Below, piece by piece: positions 24,565-34,670 of a stretch of DNA of 64,000 nt. Below the pieces are notes generated by a model. That model had not been told where the DNA came from, did no database searches, and saw only the letters and a program-made list of their open reading frames with translations. The stretch's first letter is position 1, and every line of letters starts with the position of its first letter. The position numbers and the translations under genes are program-made. The stretch covers positions 1,442-65,441 of the forward strand of contig CAYTID010000004.1 of the NCBI GenBank assembly GCA_964437735.1. Direction: 5' to 3'. This DNA is from an uncultured Ignavibacteriaceae bacterium. GTDB taxonomy: Bacteria > Bacteroidota > Ignavibacteria > UBA10030 > BY39.

Positions 24565-24867
24565 ATGTTAACATGTTATTAACATAATTTTACACAATAA
24601 CAGGGACTACATAAAATATAAAATTTACAGTTTTCACCAAATTATCCACATTAATAACACGCTACAAATCTTTTATTTACAACGAGTTACAAGGCGGTGA
24701 CTCTGAATTGTTAACATGTTGTGAATTACTGAAATGATGCGTTAATTTACGGAAAATGAATTAAAAGCTTGACTTACGAAAGTTGTTAACAAGTTATCAA
24801 CAATAAAATATTGATGAATCACTTGTTGAATTATAATAATTAAAATGAGGGAAAGCAAGTAAAATAA
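24565..24867. promoter_or_regulatory. dnaA upstream region with DnaA boxes and a repeated palindromic motif
   Basis: TTATCAACA overlaps the dnaA start codon at 24555–24563. Perfect TTATCCACA at 24643–24651. TTATCAACA at 24794–24802. TGTTAACATGTT occurs at 24566–24577 and 24709–24720, with the variant TGTTAACAAGTT at 24784–24795. Confidence 0.55.
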
Positions 24868-25746
24868 TTACACGGCTATCGATTCACTGATATATTTTCT
24901 TACAGAAAAGAGACTTCCTAAAAAACCTAAAATGGTGCCAAGAATTACAATAATCCCGTATATATAAATATCAATTCTTAGAAAATCCAATAATTCCGCA
25001 GAAAGGAGTTTAGAGGCTGTCTGAATGATGATATAAAGAATAACCGACGAAATAAATCCACCGGAAATTCCTTGCAATATTCCTTCAAGCAAAAACGGCA
25101 TTCGAATAAACCATCTTGTAGCGCCGACGAGTTTCATAGTTTTAATTAATTTACGTTTTGAATAGATAGCAAGCCGTGTTGTATTCGAAACTAAAAAAAC
25201 TGCCGATATACCTATTATTGCACCCATAATTAATCCAAGCGTGTTAAGAGATTTTGTTCTTTTGTCCAAAAATTCGATAATATCTTTTCTGTAAATAACC
25301 TCATCGATGCCTTTAACAGATTTAATTTTATCGAATATTATTTGAGCCGCTTCAGCCGTTTTATATTTGTTGTTCAAATATATTTTAAAAGACGGAGGAA
25401 AAGGATTGAACTCCAAAATGCTCAGCACATCTTCGCCGAAATCTTCCTTAAAAATTTTTGAAGCATCTTCTTTCGAAATGAATGTAATGCTATCGACACC
25501 TTCCGTTTTTAAAAGTAAATTTTGAATCTCGTAAATAGCAACCCGGGGAGCGGGCTCTTCAAGAAAAGCTTCCATCTCAACTTTTTCCCTTACTAAATCG
25601 ACCAGCCGGGAAGTATTAATGGATACAATTATGAATAAACCAAGCAATATCAAGGAAATTGATATTGTGATGATAGATGCTGCTGCGGCTAACTTAGCCC
25701 TTGAAAATCCCGAAAATCCTTCTTTGATTATGTATGCTATTTTCAT
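24868..25746 (-). CDS. ftsX: Cell-division ABC-transporter permease-like protein FtsX
   Basis: 292 aa with an N-terminal TM helix, a periplasmic domain, three C-terminal TM helices, and the characteristic start MKIAYIIKEGFSGFSRAKL. Confidence 0.8.
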   Translation of the reverse strand: MKIAYIIKEGFSGFSRAKLAAAASIITISISLILLGLFIIVSINTSRLVDLVREKVEMEAFLEEPAPRVAIYEIQNLLLKTEGVDSITFISKEDASKIFKEDFGEDVLSILEFNPFPPSFKIYLNNKYKTAEAAQIIFDKIKSVKGIDEVIYRKDIIEFLDKRTKSLNTLGLIMGAIIGISAVFLVSNTTRLAIYSKRKLIKTMKLVGATRWFIRMPFLLEGILQGISGGFISSVILYIIIQTASKLLSAELLDFLRIDIYIYGIIVILGTILGFLGSLFSVRKYISESIAV

Positions 25747-25751
25747 ATAAA

Positions 25752-26258
25752 TTAAAAATTAGATTCGTCTTTCCAGCGGACAATTTTCCAATTTGAATTA
25801 AAATCCGCTCTCTCAAGTGTAAGGTTTGCATAACCGTCGATTCTTTCAACATCGCTCGGGTTAAAAGTTATCATGAGATTGAATCCGCGGACGACGGTTT
25901 TGCGTAAAGAATCACCGCTTGAAGCAACCTCATTGTTCCAAATTATTGAAAGCGATTGCGCGCTCTGAAACAAACCGTAAGTCGTCCTCATCTCGTCGTC
26001 GCGTCCCCAACTAACATCAACGCCAACTTCATAGTCACGATAGATGAAAGTAAAATTTGGACCGATTAAAGCACCGTATAATGAGGTATCCTTAAAAGAG
26101 TACGCGTTTCGGAAGTTGCAAAGGACTCCGTCAATTTCATTTAAATTGGGACAAATTTGTTTTCCCGATCCATCGCCCCATCCGGGAGCGAACGGATTAA
26201 CGCACGAAATACTGCAGAATAAAAAAGACACTACAGATATTTTAAAAATATTTTTCAT
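25752..26258 (-). CDS. Hypothetical lipoprotein
   Basis: Signal peptide ending in a Cys lipobox (FLFCSISC). No recognisable domain. Confidence 0.4.
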   Translation of the reverse strand: MKNIFKISVVSFLFCSISCVNPFAPGWGDGSGKQICPNLNEIDGVLCNFRNAYSFKDTSLYGALIGPNFTFIYRDYEVGVDVSWGRDDEMRTTYGLFQSAQSLSIIWNNEVASSGDSLRKTVVRGFNLMITFNPSDVERIDGYANLTLERADFNSNWKIVRWKDESNF

Positions 26259-26261
26259 TTA

Positions 26262-26846
26262 TTATATGCCGGTACTGAATAGAGCTTTTAAATAACTCCA
26301 CGTATTCAGTGTGTCGGCTTTGAAATCAAACCATTTATATATACCCCACTCCAGTTTTCTATCGACAGATAGATAAAATTGTAAATTACCGGAGAAATTT
26401 TTTGTGATATTCGGATGGTTGTGAGGAAAATAAAGAAAATAATCATAATAATATATAACAGAATCGGAAGTTATGCTGATTATTCTTTTATTTGAAAGGG
26501 CGAGTCCGGCATTTCCGAAGGGAGGTTTGCCTAAATTTCTCAGGTATTGACGTTCCGATTCGCGGTTCCACCCGATAAATATCGACCTGTCAATACCCGC
26601 TTCTGCAGCCGGTACAAATTCAAAATTTTTATCTGAAAATGACGAATCAATAAAACACTTTACATAATTATCAACATTGTATTCTGAGATTGAATTTTTA
26701 AAATTTGTTATTACAATGTCGGGCGTTGTAGGTTGAATAAAACTTGAACTTTGCTGATATGGGTCTTCGGGAGGTCTGGTGCTGAAGAGATCGCATCCGG
26801 ACAAAATTATAAAAAAAAGAATCAATATTTGATTATAAAATTTCAA
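26262..26846 (-). CDS. Hypothetical lipoprotein
   Basis: N-terminal ILSGCDLF lipobox. No recognisable domain. The 3' end overlaps the recR start by 4 nt. Confidence 0.4.
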   Translation of the reverse strand: MKFYNQILILFFIILSGCDLFSTRPPEDPYQQSSSFIQPTTPDIVITNFKNSISEYNVDNYVKCFIDSSFSDKNFEFVPAAEAGIDRSIFIGWNRESERQYLRNLGKPPFGNAGLALSNKRIISITSDSVIYYYDYFLYFPHNHPNITKNFSGNLQFYLSVDRKLEWGIYKWFDFKADTLNTWSYLKALFSTGI

Positions 26847-27439
26847 ACAACTACCCTTCCTTCGATTGCACGCGACAATGTCGCCTGATCTGCAAATTCA
26901 AGATCTCCGCCAATCGGAATCCCTCTTGCAATTCTCGTTATCTTTAAGCCAAGCGGCTTCAAGAGACGGGAGAGATAAAGAGTTGTGGCTTCACCTTCGA
27001 CATTTGGATTTAAAGCCAATATGATCTCAGATGTATTATCGTCAATTCTGTTCAGCAGTTCTTTGATTTTTATTTCATCTGGTCCGATTCCATCGAGAGG
27101 CGAAAGAGATCCGCCGAGCACATGATATAAGCCGTCGAAGTCGTTTGTTTTTTCTATAGCGAACACATCGCTCGGTTCTTCAACAACACAGATTGTATTT
27201 TTATCTCTTTTATGGCTTGAGCATATGGGGCAGGGATCTTCTTCCGTGAAGTTAAAACAGACGCCGCAATTTTTCACTTTATCTTTTACTCCGACGAGCG
27301 CTTTTGCCATGTACACAACTTCTTCGCGCGGAAGTTTCATAATATACATAGCCAGCCGCTGAGCTGTTTTCCTTCCGATGCCGGGAAGCTGTGAAAATTC
27401 TTCTACCAAAATTTCCAATGACTCTGACGTATAAAGCAT
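26843..27439 (-). CDS. recR: Recombination protein RecR
   Basis: N-terminal HhH ([13 protein letters not shown]), a C4 zinc finger (CGVCFNF…CPIC), and a Toprim domain. Confidence 0.92.
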   Translation of the reverse strand: MLYTSESLEILVEEFSQLPGIGRKTAQRLAMYIMKLPREEVVYMAKALVGVKDKVKNCGVCFNFTEEDPCPICSSHKRDKNTICVVEEPSDVFAIEKTNDFDGLYHVLGGSLSPLDGIGPDEIKIKELLNRIDDNTSEIILALNPNVEGEATTLYLSRLLKPLGLKITRIARGIPIGGDLEFADQATLSRAIEGRVVV

Positions 27440-27450
27440 ATAATTTTTAT

Positions 27451-27798
27451 TTAAAAGCCCGGTAAATTTAAACCGGGAATATTAGGCAGCATTCCTGATG
27501 TAACCTTCCCCATCTCTTCTTGTGCCATCTTTTGAGAATCTTCCAACGCTTTATTGACTGCCGCGACTAATAAATCCTCAAGCATTTCAGCGTCGTCGGG
27601 ATTAATAACTTCTTTTTCGATTTGTATTTTTAATATTTGTTGTTTTCCGTTCGCAGTAACTTTTATCATACCGCCGCCGGCTTCAGCGTTAATGGTTTTA
27701 TTCTCTAACTCGGCTTGAACCTTTGCCATTTTTTCCTGCATTTGTTGTACTTGCTTCATCATTGCCTGCATATTAGGCATTCCGCCCGGCATTTTCAT
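27451..27798 (-). CDS. ybaB: Nucleoid-associated protein YbaB/EbfC
   Basis: 115-aa protein with [23 protein letters not shown], sitting directly upstream of recR as in the conserved ybaB–recR pair. Confidence 0.85.
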   Translation of the reverse strand: MKMPGGMPNMQAMMKQVQQMQEKMAKVQAELENKTINAEAGGGMIKVTANGKQQILKIQIEKEVINPDDAEMLEDLLVAAVNKALEDSQKMAQEEMGKVTSGMLPNIPGLNLPGF

Positions 27799-27929
27799 CT
27801 TTACCTCTTTTGTTATTGTAAATTTACGTTTTATAAAATATATTGCTTTTGAAGCGTAAAATCAATTTTTGTAACTTGCGGCTATAACAAACGTAAGTGT
27901 ATTCAGCTGTATAAATTGAAAGGAAAAAT

Positions 27930-28913
27930 ATGACGCACAAAATATCGGTTAAAATAATTTTCTTGTTAATCTGTTTATTTGGTTTTAATAGCTTCTTATA
28001 CGCATTGAACTCAACATCCGAAAAAGGGATTGAACTTTTTGATCAAAAAAAATACAAAGAAGCGAAGGAATTATTTATATCAATTATCAAAAAAGAACCG
28101 AAGAACTCAATCGCAGCATATTATCTGGGAAGGATCGCATTTACAGAAGAAGATTATGAAAAGGCATCGGAGTGGTTCGAAAAAGCAGCGGACACAGAAA
28201 AAAATAATTCCGTATATCACCTATGGCTTGGAAAAAGTTATGCACAGGAAGCCCGGAGCGCAGGTGTTTTGCGCCAGCCTTTCATCGCCCGTAAAATGAA
28301 ATCCTCTCTTGAGCGTGCAATATCACTTGACCCTGACAATATCGAAGCCCGCTTTTTCCTGATGGGATTTTTTCAGCGGGCGCCGGGAATTATGGGAGGC
28401 GGTATGGAAAAAGCGAAAGAACAAGCTGCCGAAATTAAGAAACGGAATAGTTTTCAGGGGCATATCGCTTTCGGAAATTTGTATGAGCACGAAAAAAACC
28501 TCACCGCAGCAGAACAGGAATACAAAGAAGCGGTTAAGAAACACCCCGACAGCTTATCCGCTTATTACAATTTAGGAATATTTTATTCAAACCATAACCG
28601 CTACGAAGAAGCTTTTAAATTATTTGACGATTTGCTTGTCAGAAAACCGGATGAAATTAAGATATATTATTACATAGGGAGAACAGGGGCTGTATCGGGA
28701 CTTAAATTACCGGAATCCGAACAGGCGCTTATAAAATTTCTTAAGCACGATCCGCTCGCAGACAAAGAGTGGCAGGTTGCGGCACACTGGCGGCTTGGTA
28801 TGGTTTATGAAAAAAAGGGGGATTTGCAAAACGCTAAAAAAGAATACAATAATGCGTTGAAATTAAATCCCGACCATAAACAGACAAAAGAAGCGTTAAA
28901 GAAGTTGAAATAA
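27930..28913 (+). CDS. Tetratricopeptide-repeat protein with a signal peptide
   Basis: Repeated A/Y/W-rich 34-aa units (AAYYLGRIAF, YHLWLGKSY, AYYNLGIFY, AHWRLGMVY). Confidence 0.65.
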   Translation: MTHKISVKIIFLLICLFGFNSFLYALNSTSEKGIELFDQKKYKEAKELFISIIKKEPKNSIAAYYLGRIAFTEEDYEKASEWFEKAADTEKNNSVYHLWLGKSYAQEARSAGVLRQPFIARKMKSSLERAISLDPDNIEARFFLMGFFQRAPGIMGGGMEKAKEQAAEIKKRNSFQGHIAFGNLYEHEKNLTAAEQEYKEAVKKHPDSLSAYYNLGIFYSNHNRYEEAFKLFDDLLVRKPDEIKIYYYIGRTGAVSGLKLPESEQALIKFLKHDPLADKEWQVAAHWRLGMVYEKKGDLQNAKKEYNNALKLNPDHKQTKEALKKLK

Positions 28914-29084
28914 CTTAGACCACAGAACAACTTCCATTTAAGATTTGTTGAAAAAACCGGACAGGGAAGCGGATATGCAGGATGGTAAAATAATGTTGTA
29001 ATATAATTATTAAAGCCGAGATAAAATAAATCAGAAATTGTGTGAAAATGTGTGATGCTAATTTAATAAGAATAAAGCAATAAA

Positions 29085-29585
29085 TTATCGTAAAGTTATA
29101 TTTGCCCAAGCCATAAATTCTGTAAGACTCAGAATTTCGATTTTCTTATCAGCATTCACTGTGGAAGTATATTTTCTGTGAGCGGCAGCTTCTTTTAACC
29201 AAGGAATTGCTCCAGTTTTCCAACCCTTCCCATCAATAATAATTAAGATGTGTTTTTCAGGCATTGTTTCGATACTGTTGAGATATAAATATGGTAATTT
29301 TTCGTCAACCGATCCTGTAACCTGTTGCCACTTACATTCAATACGTGTTTCCAGATTATACCGAGTAGATTTTAATAGAAATTCTGTTTTACCAGTATGT
29401 TTATATATTGTATCATATGGTACGTTGGTCAACAGAACTTCATCACCAAATTTTGCGGGATTCTTTTTCCAATCTTTGTATTTTGCTATTTTAAATCCTT
29501 TTTGACTGCAAACGGTTTTTACTGTTTGTTCGAGAAGATTACCTGATGATGTTCGTCGTTTTGGTCTATTAATTTTTTTTGCCAT
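29085..29585 (-). CDS. Putative restriction endonuclease, a small PD-(D/E)xK-like protein paired with the Dam-family methyltransferase
   Basis: 166-aa basic protein with a candidate D…E-x-K arrangement (PYDTIY … ETRIECKWQ). It lies 6 bp downstream of the methyltransferase on the same strand. No other domain is recognisable. Confidence 0.4.
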   Translation of the reverse strand: MAKKINRPKRRTSSGNLLEQTVKTVCSQKGFKIAKYKDWKKNPAKFGDEVLLTNVPYDTIYKHTGKTEFLLKSTRYNLETRIECKWQQVTGSVDEKLPYLYLNSIETMPEKHILIIIDGKGWKTGAIPWLKEAAAHRKYTSTVNADKKIEILSLTEFMAWANITLR

Positions 29586-29590
29586 AAAAC

Positions 29591-30478
29591 TTAGTAGTTT
29601 GTAATAATCAATTCATTAATTTTTCCACGACCTTCAGCTTTACAGTTAATTGCTCGGCTTGCTTTAACAATTTTTGCATTGTAATTCTTATATAAATCTT
29701 TCACCGTTTCTGTATACGAATTAGATAACATATAATAAACACCTCTTTTGGTTAATTTATCACAAACTTCCCTTAGTGCGAATTGGGAGTCTAAATCAAA
29801 GTCATCTTTATAGTATTTTGTAAATGATGATGTTTTATTTAATGGAACATATGGTGGATCAAAATAGACAAAATCTCCTTTACGAGCTTTCCTTTCTACA
29901 GCTTCAAATGAAGCTGAGGTAATCTCAGTTTTTTTTAATAAAGCACTGCAAGCTATTAGATTATCTTCATCAACTATTTTCGGATTCTTATAGAAACCAA
30001 AAGGGACGTTGAAATAACCGTCTGAGTTCATCCTATACAATCCATTGAAGCAAGTTTTATTCAAATATATCAACCTGCTTGCTTTTTCTACTTTGCTCCA
30101 ATATTTGTATTCATCAAATCTATCTGTGCCTCTAAGTTCATAGAAATATTTTTCAGTATTCTTATGTTTTTTCAAACTCTTTATGAGTTCTTCAACGTTG
30201 TTTTGAATAACTTCATATAAGTTAATTAAATCAGGATTTATATCTGAAATATATCCATAGTTTGGCTTAATTTTAAAAAATAATGCACCACCACCCACAA
30301 AAGGTTCAAAAAACCGATTATATTCTCTTGGTAGACGTTTCAAAAGTTCTCCAAGCAGTTGCCTTTTTCCGCCGGGCCATTTTAAAAATGGACTACAAGC
30401 AACTTTTTCAAAATTCTTTTCTATACTATATAATGCAAGTTGTTCTTTGATTGACAATATTAATGTTTCTGTTCGCAT
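29591..30478 (-). CDS. N6-adenine DNA methyltransferase of the Dam (D12) class
   Basis: N-terminal KWPGGKRQL…EPFVGGGALFF (AdoMet-binding FxGxG motif) and C-terminal catalytic DPPY (FVYFDPPYVP). Confidence 0.85.
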   Translation of the reverse strand: MRTETLILSIKEQLALYSIEKNFEKVACSPFLKWPGGKRQLLGELLKRLPREYNRFFEPFVGGGALFFKIKPNYGYISDINPDLINLYEVIQNNVEELIKSLKKHKNTEKYFYELRGTDRFDEYKYWSKVEKASRLIYLNKTCFNGLYRMNSDGYFNVPFGFYKNPKIVDEDNLIACSALLKKTEITSASFEAVERKARKGDFVYFDPPYVPLNKTSSFTKYYKDDFDLDSQFALREVCDKLTKRGVYYMLSNSYTETVKDLYKNYNAKIVKASRAINCKAEGRGKINELIITNY

Positions 30479-30552
30479 ACTTTACAAGTATACTATATAC
30501 AAACATTAAATGCAACGTTAACTAAAATGATTTGTAAAGCCTAACAATTATT

Positions 30553-30942
30553 TTATTTTAAATTTTCATCTACCGGTTCCCAGAGCTCGATCTTGTTTCC
30601 CTCCGGGTCCAGTATCCAGCCGAACTTTCCGTATTCATATTCTTCAATTTCTCCTACAACTTCAACGCCTTCCTGTCGTAAAACTTCCAGCAGAGCCTTA
30701 AGATTTTCCACCCTGTAATTGAACATGAATTGCTTCTCGCTGGGTGAAAAATATTTAGTATTCTCGGAAAACGGACTCCATGCCGTATAGCATTTTTTAT
30801 CCGGTTCAGCGGCGTCACGCCACTCAAAAAGTCCGCCGTATTGGTCGGACTCGATGCCGAGATGCTTTTTGTACCATTCTTTTGTTTTTTCGGGATCTTT
30901 TGTTTTAAAAAATACTCCGCCTAATCCTGTAACGCGTTTCAT
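30553..30942 (-). CDS. VOC / glyoxalase-bleomycin-resistance family protein
   Basis: 129-aa βαβββ-type sequence (GGVFFKTKDPEKTKEWY…GWILDPEGNKIELWE). Confidence 0.6.
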   Translation of the reverse strand: MKRVTGLGGVFFKTKDPEKTKEWYKKHLGIESDQYGGLFEWRDAAEPDKKCYTAWSPFSENTKYFSPSEKQFMFNYRVENLKALLEVLRQEGVEVVGEIEEYEYGKFGWILDPEGNKIELWEPVDENLK

Positions 30943-32074
30943 TTGTTTCCTCTCTTAATATATTTTTGTAAAAAGTTGAATCTCTTTTTTCGAGTATCTC
31001 AATTATAACATTCTCAATATTTTTATTCACACCTTTAATTTTCAATAAATCACTTTTAAGTTTTGATAATGGTTCTTTTATCTGAGAGATATTGTACGCC
31101 GCATATCCAAACTGGGATTTTCCTCCTGCTATTTTCAGATAATAGTCAATGTGCTCGAGTATTACAACTGTCAGATCGTTGTCATCAAGAATAGCTCTGA
31201 ATAATGGCACAGGAATTCGCATCGGCATATTATATTTTCGCGCGATCTTATAAAATCTTTTGTTAATTTCATCATAATATCCGCTTGCCGCCAGTCCCCA
31301 TTCGTTCTGCGGATAAATTTCCTGGTATCTTTCTGTCAGCTCAGGGTAATTCTTTTTCAGTGTGTCTAAAAAATGCTCTTTCTGCTTTCCTTCTTTGAGG
31401 GTCATGCCGGCAAATATTATAAAGTCGATACCGGTATCCCTCGCTTTACTTACAGATTCTTCAAGAAGCTCCGTAGTATCTGTGATGAACGGTATTACGG
31501 GCATAAGAAACATGCCGCACGGTATGCCTTCGTGCTTAAACCGGGCAAGTGTTTTGAGTCTTTCACCGGGCGGCGGGACACCGGGCTCAAGTAAAGCGCT
31601 TATCTTTTCGTCAACGGAAGAAAAACTGTAGCTCACAATTACGCGGTTCTTTTTATTTATTTCCTTTAATATGTCAAGGTCTCTTTTCACAAGAGTCGAT
31701 TTTGTAAGAACGTGAACGGGGAAATTTTTTTCGGAGATCAACTGAAGTGTTTTCCGGCTCAGCTGATATTTGTTTTCAACGGGCTGATAAGTGTCGCACA
31801 CACCGCCGCCCAATAAAATAAAGCTGCGTTTGAAAGGCGTGCGTTTTCTTCCGGGATCCAATTCACGGCGAAGTATATCTACCGCATTGATTTTTACGGT
31901 TATGTCCTTGCCGAATTCTCCCTCCACGAAATATTTCTCCGAGCGCCCGTCGCAGTAAACGCAATTATGCAGACAGCCCCTGTACAAATTCATTCCATAA
32001 CGCGAAATAAACCAAGAATCTATCTTTTTATGCTTCCTTAAGAGCGTTTTTGCTTCGGTTTCTTTTATGCTCAT
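30905..32074 (-). CDS. Radical SAM protein resembling the spore-photoproduct-lyase / DNA-repair-photolyase COG1533 family
   Basis: CxxxCxxC radical-SAM cluster motif (GCLHNCVYCDG) near the N-terminus; 389 aa. The 3' end overlaps the VOC gene by 38 nt. Confidence 0.6.
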   Translation of the reverse strand: MSIKETEAKTLLRKHKKIDSWFISRYGMNLYRGCLHNCVYCDGRSEKYFVEGEFGKDITVKINAVDILRRELDPGRKRTPFKRSFILLGGGVCDTYQPVENKYQLSRKTLQLISEKNFPVHVLTKSTLVKRDLDILKEINKKNRVIVSYSFSSVDEKISALLEPGVPPPGERLKTLARFKHEGIPCGMFLMPVIPFITDTTELLEESVSKARDTGIDFIIFAGMTLKEGKQKEHFLDTLKKNYPELTERYQEIYPQNEWGLAASGYYDEINKRFYKIARKYNMPMRIPVPLFRAILDDNDLTVVILEHIDYYLKIAGGKSQFGYAAYNISQIKEPLSKLKSDLLKIKGVNKNIENVIIEILEKRDSTFYKNILREETNETRYRIRRSIF

Positions 32075-32127
32075 TGATTATTAAATGTCTTATGATTAAT
32101 TTAATATATAAAATTCCGGAATCATTA

Positions 32128-34665
32128 ATGTTAAAAAAAATATATTCTCTCTTTCTCATCGGTTTGGTTATTTGCAATACCGAAAACGGGAATTGCAGTT
32201 CTGCCGGTTTTTTAGAGGGGAGGATAAGCGATAAAAACTCAAAGGAATATCTTACAGGAGTGAATATATCTCTGCTTGATACGAAGCTGGGGACCGCCGC
32301 AGACAAAGAAGGATTTTATGTAGTGAATAATATTCCTCCGGGTGATTACGATGTGAAATACAGTCTTTTGGGATATAAAACCGTTATAATGAAAGGTGTT
32401 GTGATTTTGGGAGGGAGACGGACAAAAATTGATGTCGAGATGATTGCTTCGGCGGTAGAAATGGATGTTGTGGAGATTGTCGTTCAGAAACCGCTTATAC
32501 AAAAGGAGCAACCGGCAACTGTTTATTCGATCGGTGAATTGAAGATCGAAAAGCTGCCTGTATCGAACTTCCGGGAATTAATTTCATTGCAACCGGGTAT
32601 TACGCCTGAAGGAAATGTTCGCGGAGGGAAAACAAATGAAGTAATGTATCTGATCGACGGACTACCGGTTCAGGATGTATTGAGCGGCGGATTGGGAACC
32701 AACCTTCCGAAAAGTTCTATCACCGGAATAAATATCCATGCCGGCGGTTTCGATGCTGAATATGGAAACGCATTATCAGGAATAGTAAATATTATTACTA
32801 AAACAGGAAGCGACAAACACAAGTTCAGCTTGCGAGTTGAAAGAGACAACTGGGCACCGGAAAAACTTAATAAACAACAAGATCGGCTTACAGAAATTGA
32901 GCTGTCAGCGGGCGGTCCGATAGCGCAGAATAGTTTATATTATCAGACATCAAATATTATTCATTACAGCGACACTCGCTGGTGGCTGGATTTCAAACAA
33001 TTCGGCATTTCACCGGTTAATTGTGAATTTTCGGGTTTCGGAAAGCTTGAGTATTTAATTTCAAAAAATATTAAAGTTGGCTTTCAGGGAATCTATTCTT
33101 TGAGAAATTGGAATGATTATGAATTTAGCTGGAGGTTTAATCTGCCGGGATTACCTAAAAGAGAACGTAATTCATACAGGGTTGCCCTTATGCTGTCGCA
33201 CACATTTTCACAAACGTCTTATTACACATTAAGCTTAAGCAGATATTTTTTGGGGACTTCGATAGGCGAGGATAAAAAAGAATTATCAAACCTAACACCA
33301 TACGAATATGATTTTTTCCTTCGCTATATTGTCGCGGGTAAACGTAATTGGTGGGCTGATACACGCCAGATTGTCTACACATTGAAAGGAGACATCACTA
33401 CTATTCTTGCGAAGATCCATATTATAAAAGTCGGTATGGAAATCAATCAATACGATTTATTTTCTGATGTGTTGAAATACGATCCGCAACTTTCATATTT
33501 TGGGAAACCTCTTTTTGGTGTTCCGTTATTAAATTACAGCAATCGTTATAATTATTTTCCCAGGTCGGGAAGCATTTATCTGCAGGATAAAATTGAAAAT
33601 ACGGATGACGGTTCGCAGTTAAGCTTTGGAGTTCGTTGGGACTTTCTTGATCCAACGGCTGAAAGACCTGTAGTGGAATTTATACCGACGCGACCCGGTG
33701 AATATCGGCAAGTTGTAATGGGAAGCACAAAAGCTAAATTTAAACACCAGATCAGCCCGCGTATTGCCATCGCCTTACCCGTAGGGTTGGCGTCATTCAT
33801 GTTTGTAAATTTCGGTTACTATTTCCAATATCCGTTATTCGATCATTTATATTCCGGTATCAGTCCTTCACAAATAAAAACAGGATCGCGAAATGTGTTA
33901 GTCGGAAATCCCGATCTTGAACCGGAAAAAACGATTGCCTGGGAAGCGGGATTAAAACACGGATTTTCAGCCAACATTACAGGATCGATAACCTATTTTA
34001 AAAAGAAAACAAAAAACCAGATTGACTCAAAAACTCTGATACCGTTTGATTCGAAATCAGCGGGGGATTTTGGTTTTGCAGAATATGTAAATAACGCTGA
34101 AGCTGCGGCAGAAGGATTGGAATTTGTAGTAAGCAAAGAGAACGACAAAGGATTGTCGGGAAGTATTTCCTATTCCTACATGACCACGGAAGGAATCAGT
34201 GAATACGTTGACCAAACAATCAACCGTGCGCAGTGGGGCTTTCCGCTGGCAGTACAGCCGTTTCCACTAAGCTGGGATCAGCGACACACTATTAAAGTCG
34301 ATGCTGATATAATTTTGCCGGGAGAGATTCAAACGAATTTAATTGTTTTATACAATACGCCCAGGCCCTACACATTTTATCCGACGCGCGACGGGTATAA
34401 TGCGCTTGATTCAACTAAAGCATTCCTTCCGAACAATTTCAGGATGGAGGAAGTTTTGTTCATAAATTTAAAATTTTCAAAAACTTTCAATTTCGGGAAA
34501 GAACGGCTTTACAGGCTAACCATGTTTGCGGATGTTCGAAATATTTTAAACAGGGCAAATGTAAAATGGATTGACTCGAGCGGTAGAATCGGGGGGGAGC
34601 TGAAAGACCCCGGAGCTTACTACGACCCCAGACGCATCAGAGTCGGCGCAGTAATTGATTTTTAG
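32128..34665 (+). CDS. TonB-dependent outer-membrane receptor with a carboxypeptidase-regulatory-like N-terminal domain
   Basis: Signal peptide MLKKIYSLFLIGLVIC, then a CarbopepD_reg-like block (GRISDKNSKEYLTGVNISL), plug motifs (MYLIDGLPV) and a β-barrel ending in F. The start is taken at the internal Met; the ORF is open from 32050. Confidence 0.8.
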   Translation: MLKKIYSLFLIGLVICNTENGNCSSAGFLEGRISDKNSKEYLTGVNISLLDTKLGTAADKEGFYVVNNIPPGDYDVKYSLLGYKTVIMKGVVILGGRRTKIDVEMIASAVEMDVVEIVVQKPLIQKEQPATVYSIGELKIEKLPVSNFRELISLQPGITPEGNVRGGKTNEVMYLIDGLPVQDVLSGGLGTNLPKSSITGINIHAGGFDAEYGNALSGIVNIITKTGSDKHKFSLRVERDNWAPEKLNKQQDRLTEIELSAGGPIAQNSLYYQTSNIIHYSDTRWWLDFKQFGISPVNCEFSGFGKLEYLISKNIKVGFQGIYSLRNWNDYEFSWRFNLPGLPKRERNSYRVALMLSHTFSQTSYYTLSLSRYFLGTSIGEDKKELSNLTPYEYDFFLRYIVAGKRNWWADTRQIVYTLKGDITTILAKIHIIKVGMEINQYDLFSDVLKYDPQLSYFGKPLFGVPLLNYSNRYNYFPRSGSIYLQDKIENTDDGSQLSFGVRWDFLDPTAERPVVEFIPTRPGEYRQVVMGSTKAKFKHQISPRIAIALPVGLASFMFVNFGYYFQYPLFDHLYSGISPSQIKTGSRNVLVGNPDLEPEKTIAWEAGLKHGFSANITGSITYFKKKTKNQIDSKTLIPFDSKSAGDFGFAEYVNNAEAAAEGLEFVVSKENDKGLSGSISYSYMTTEGISEYVDQTINRAQWGFPLAVQPFPLSWDQRHTIKVDADIILPGEIQTNLIVLYNTPRPYTFYPTRDGYNALDSTKAFLPNNFRMEEVLFINLKFSKTFNFGKERLYRLTMFADVRNILNRANVKWIDSSGRIGGELKDPGAYYDPRRIRVGAVIDF

Positions 34666-34670
34666 GAGAG

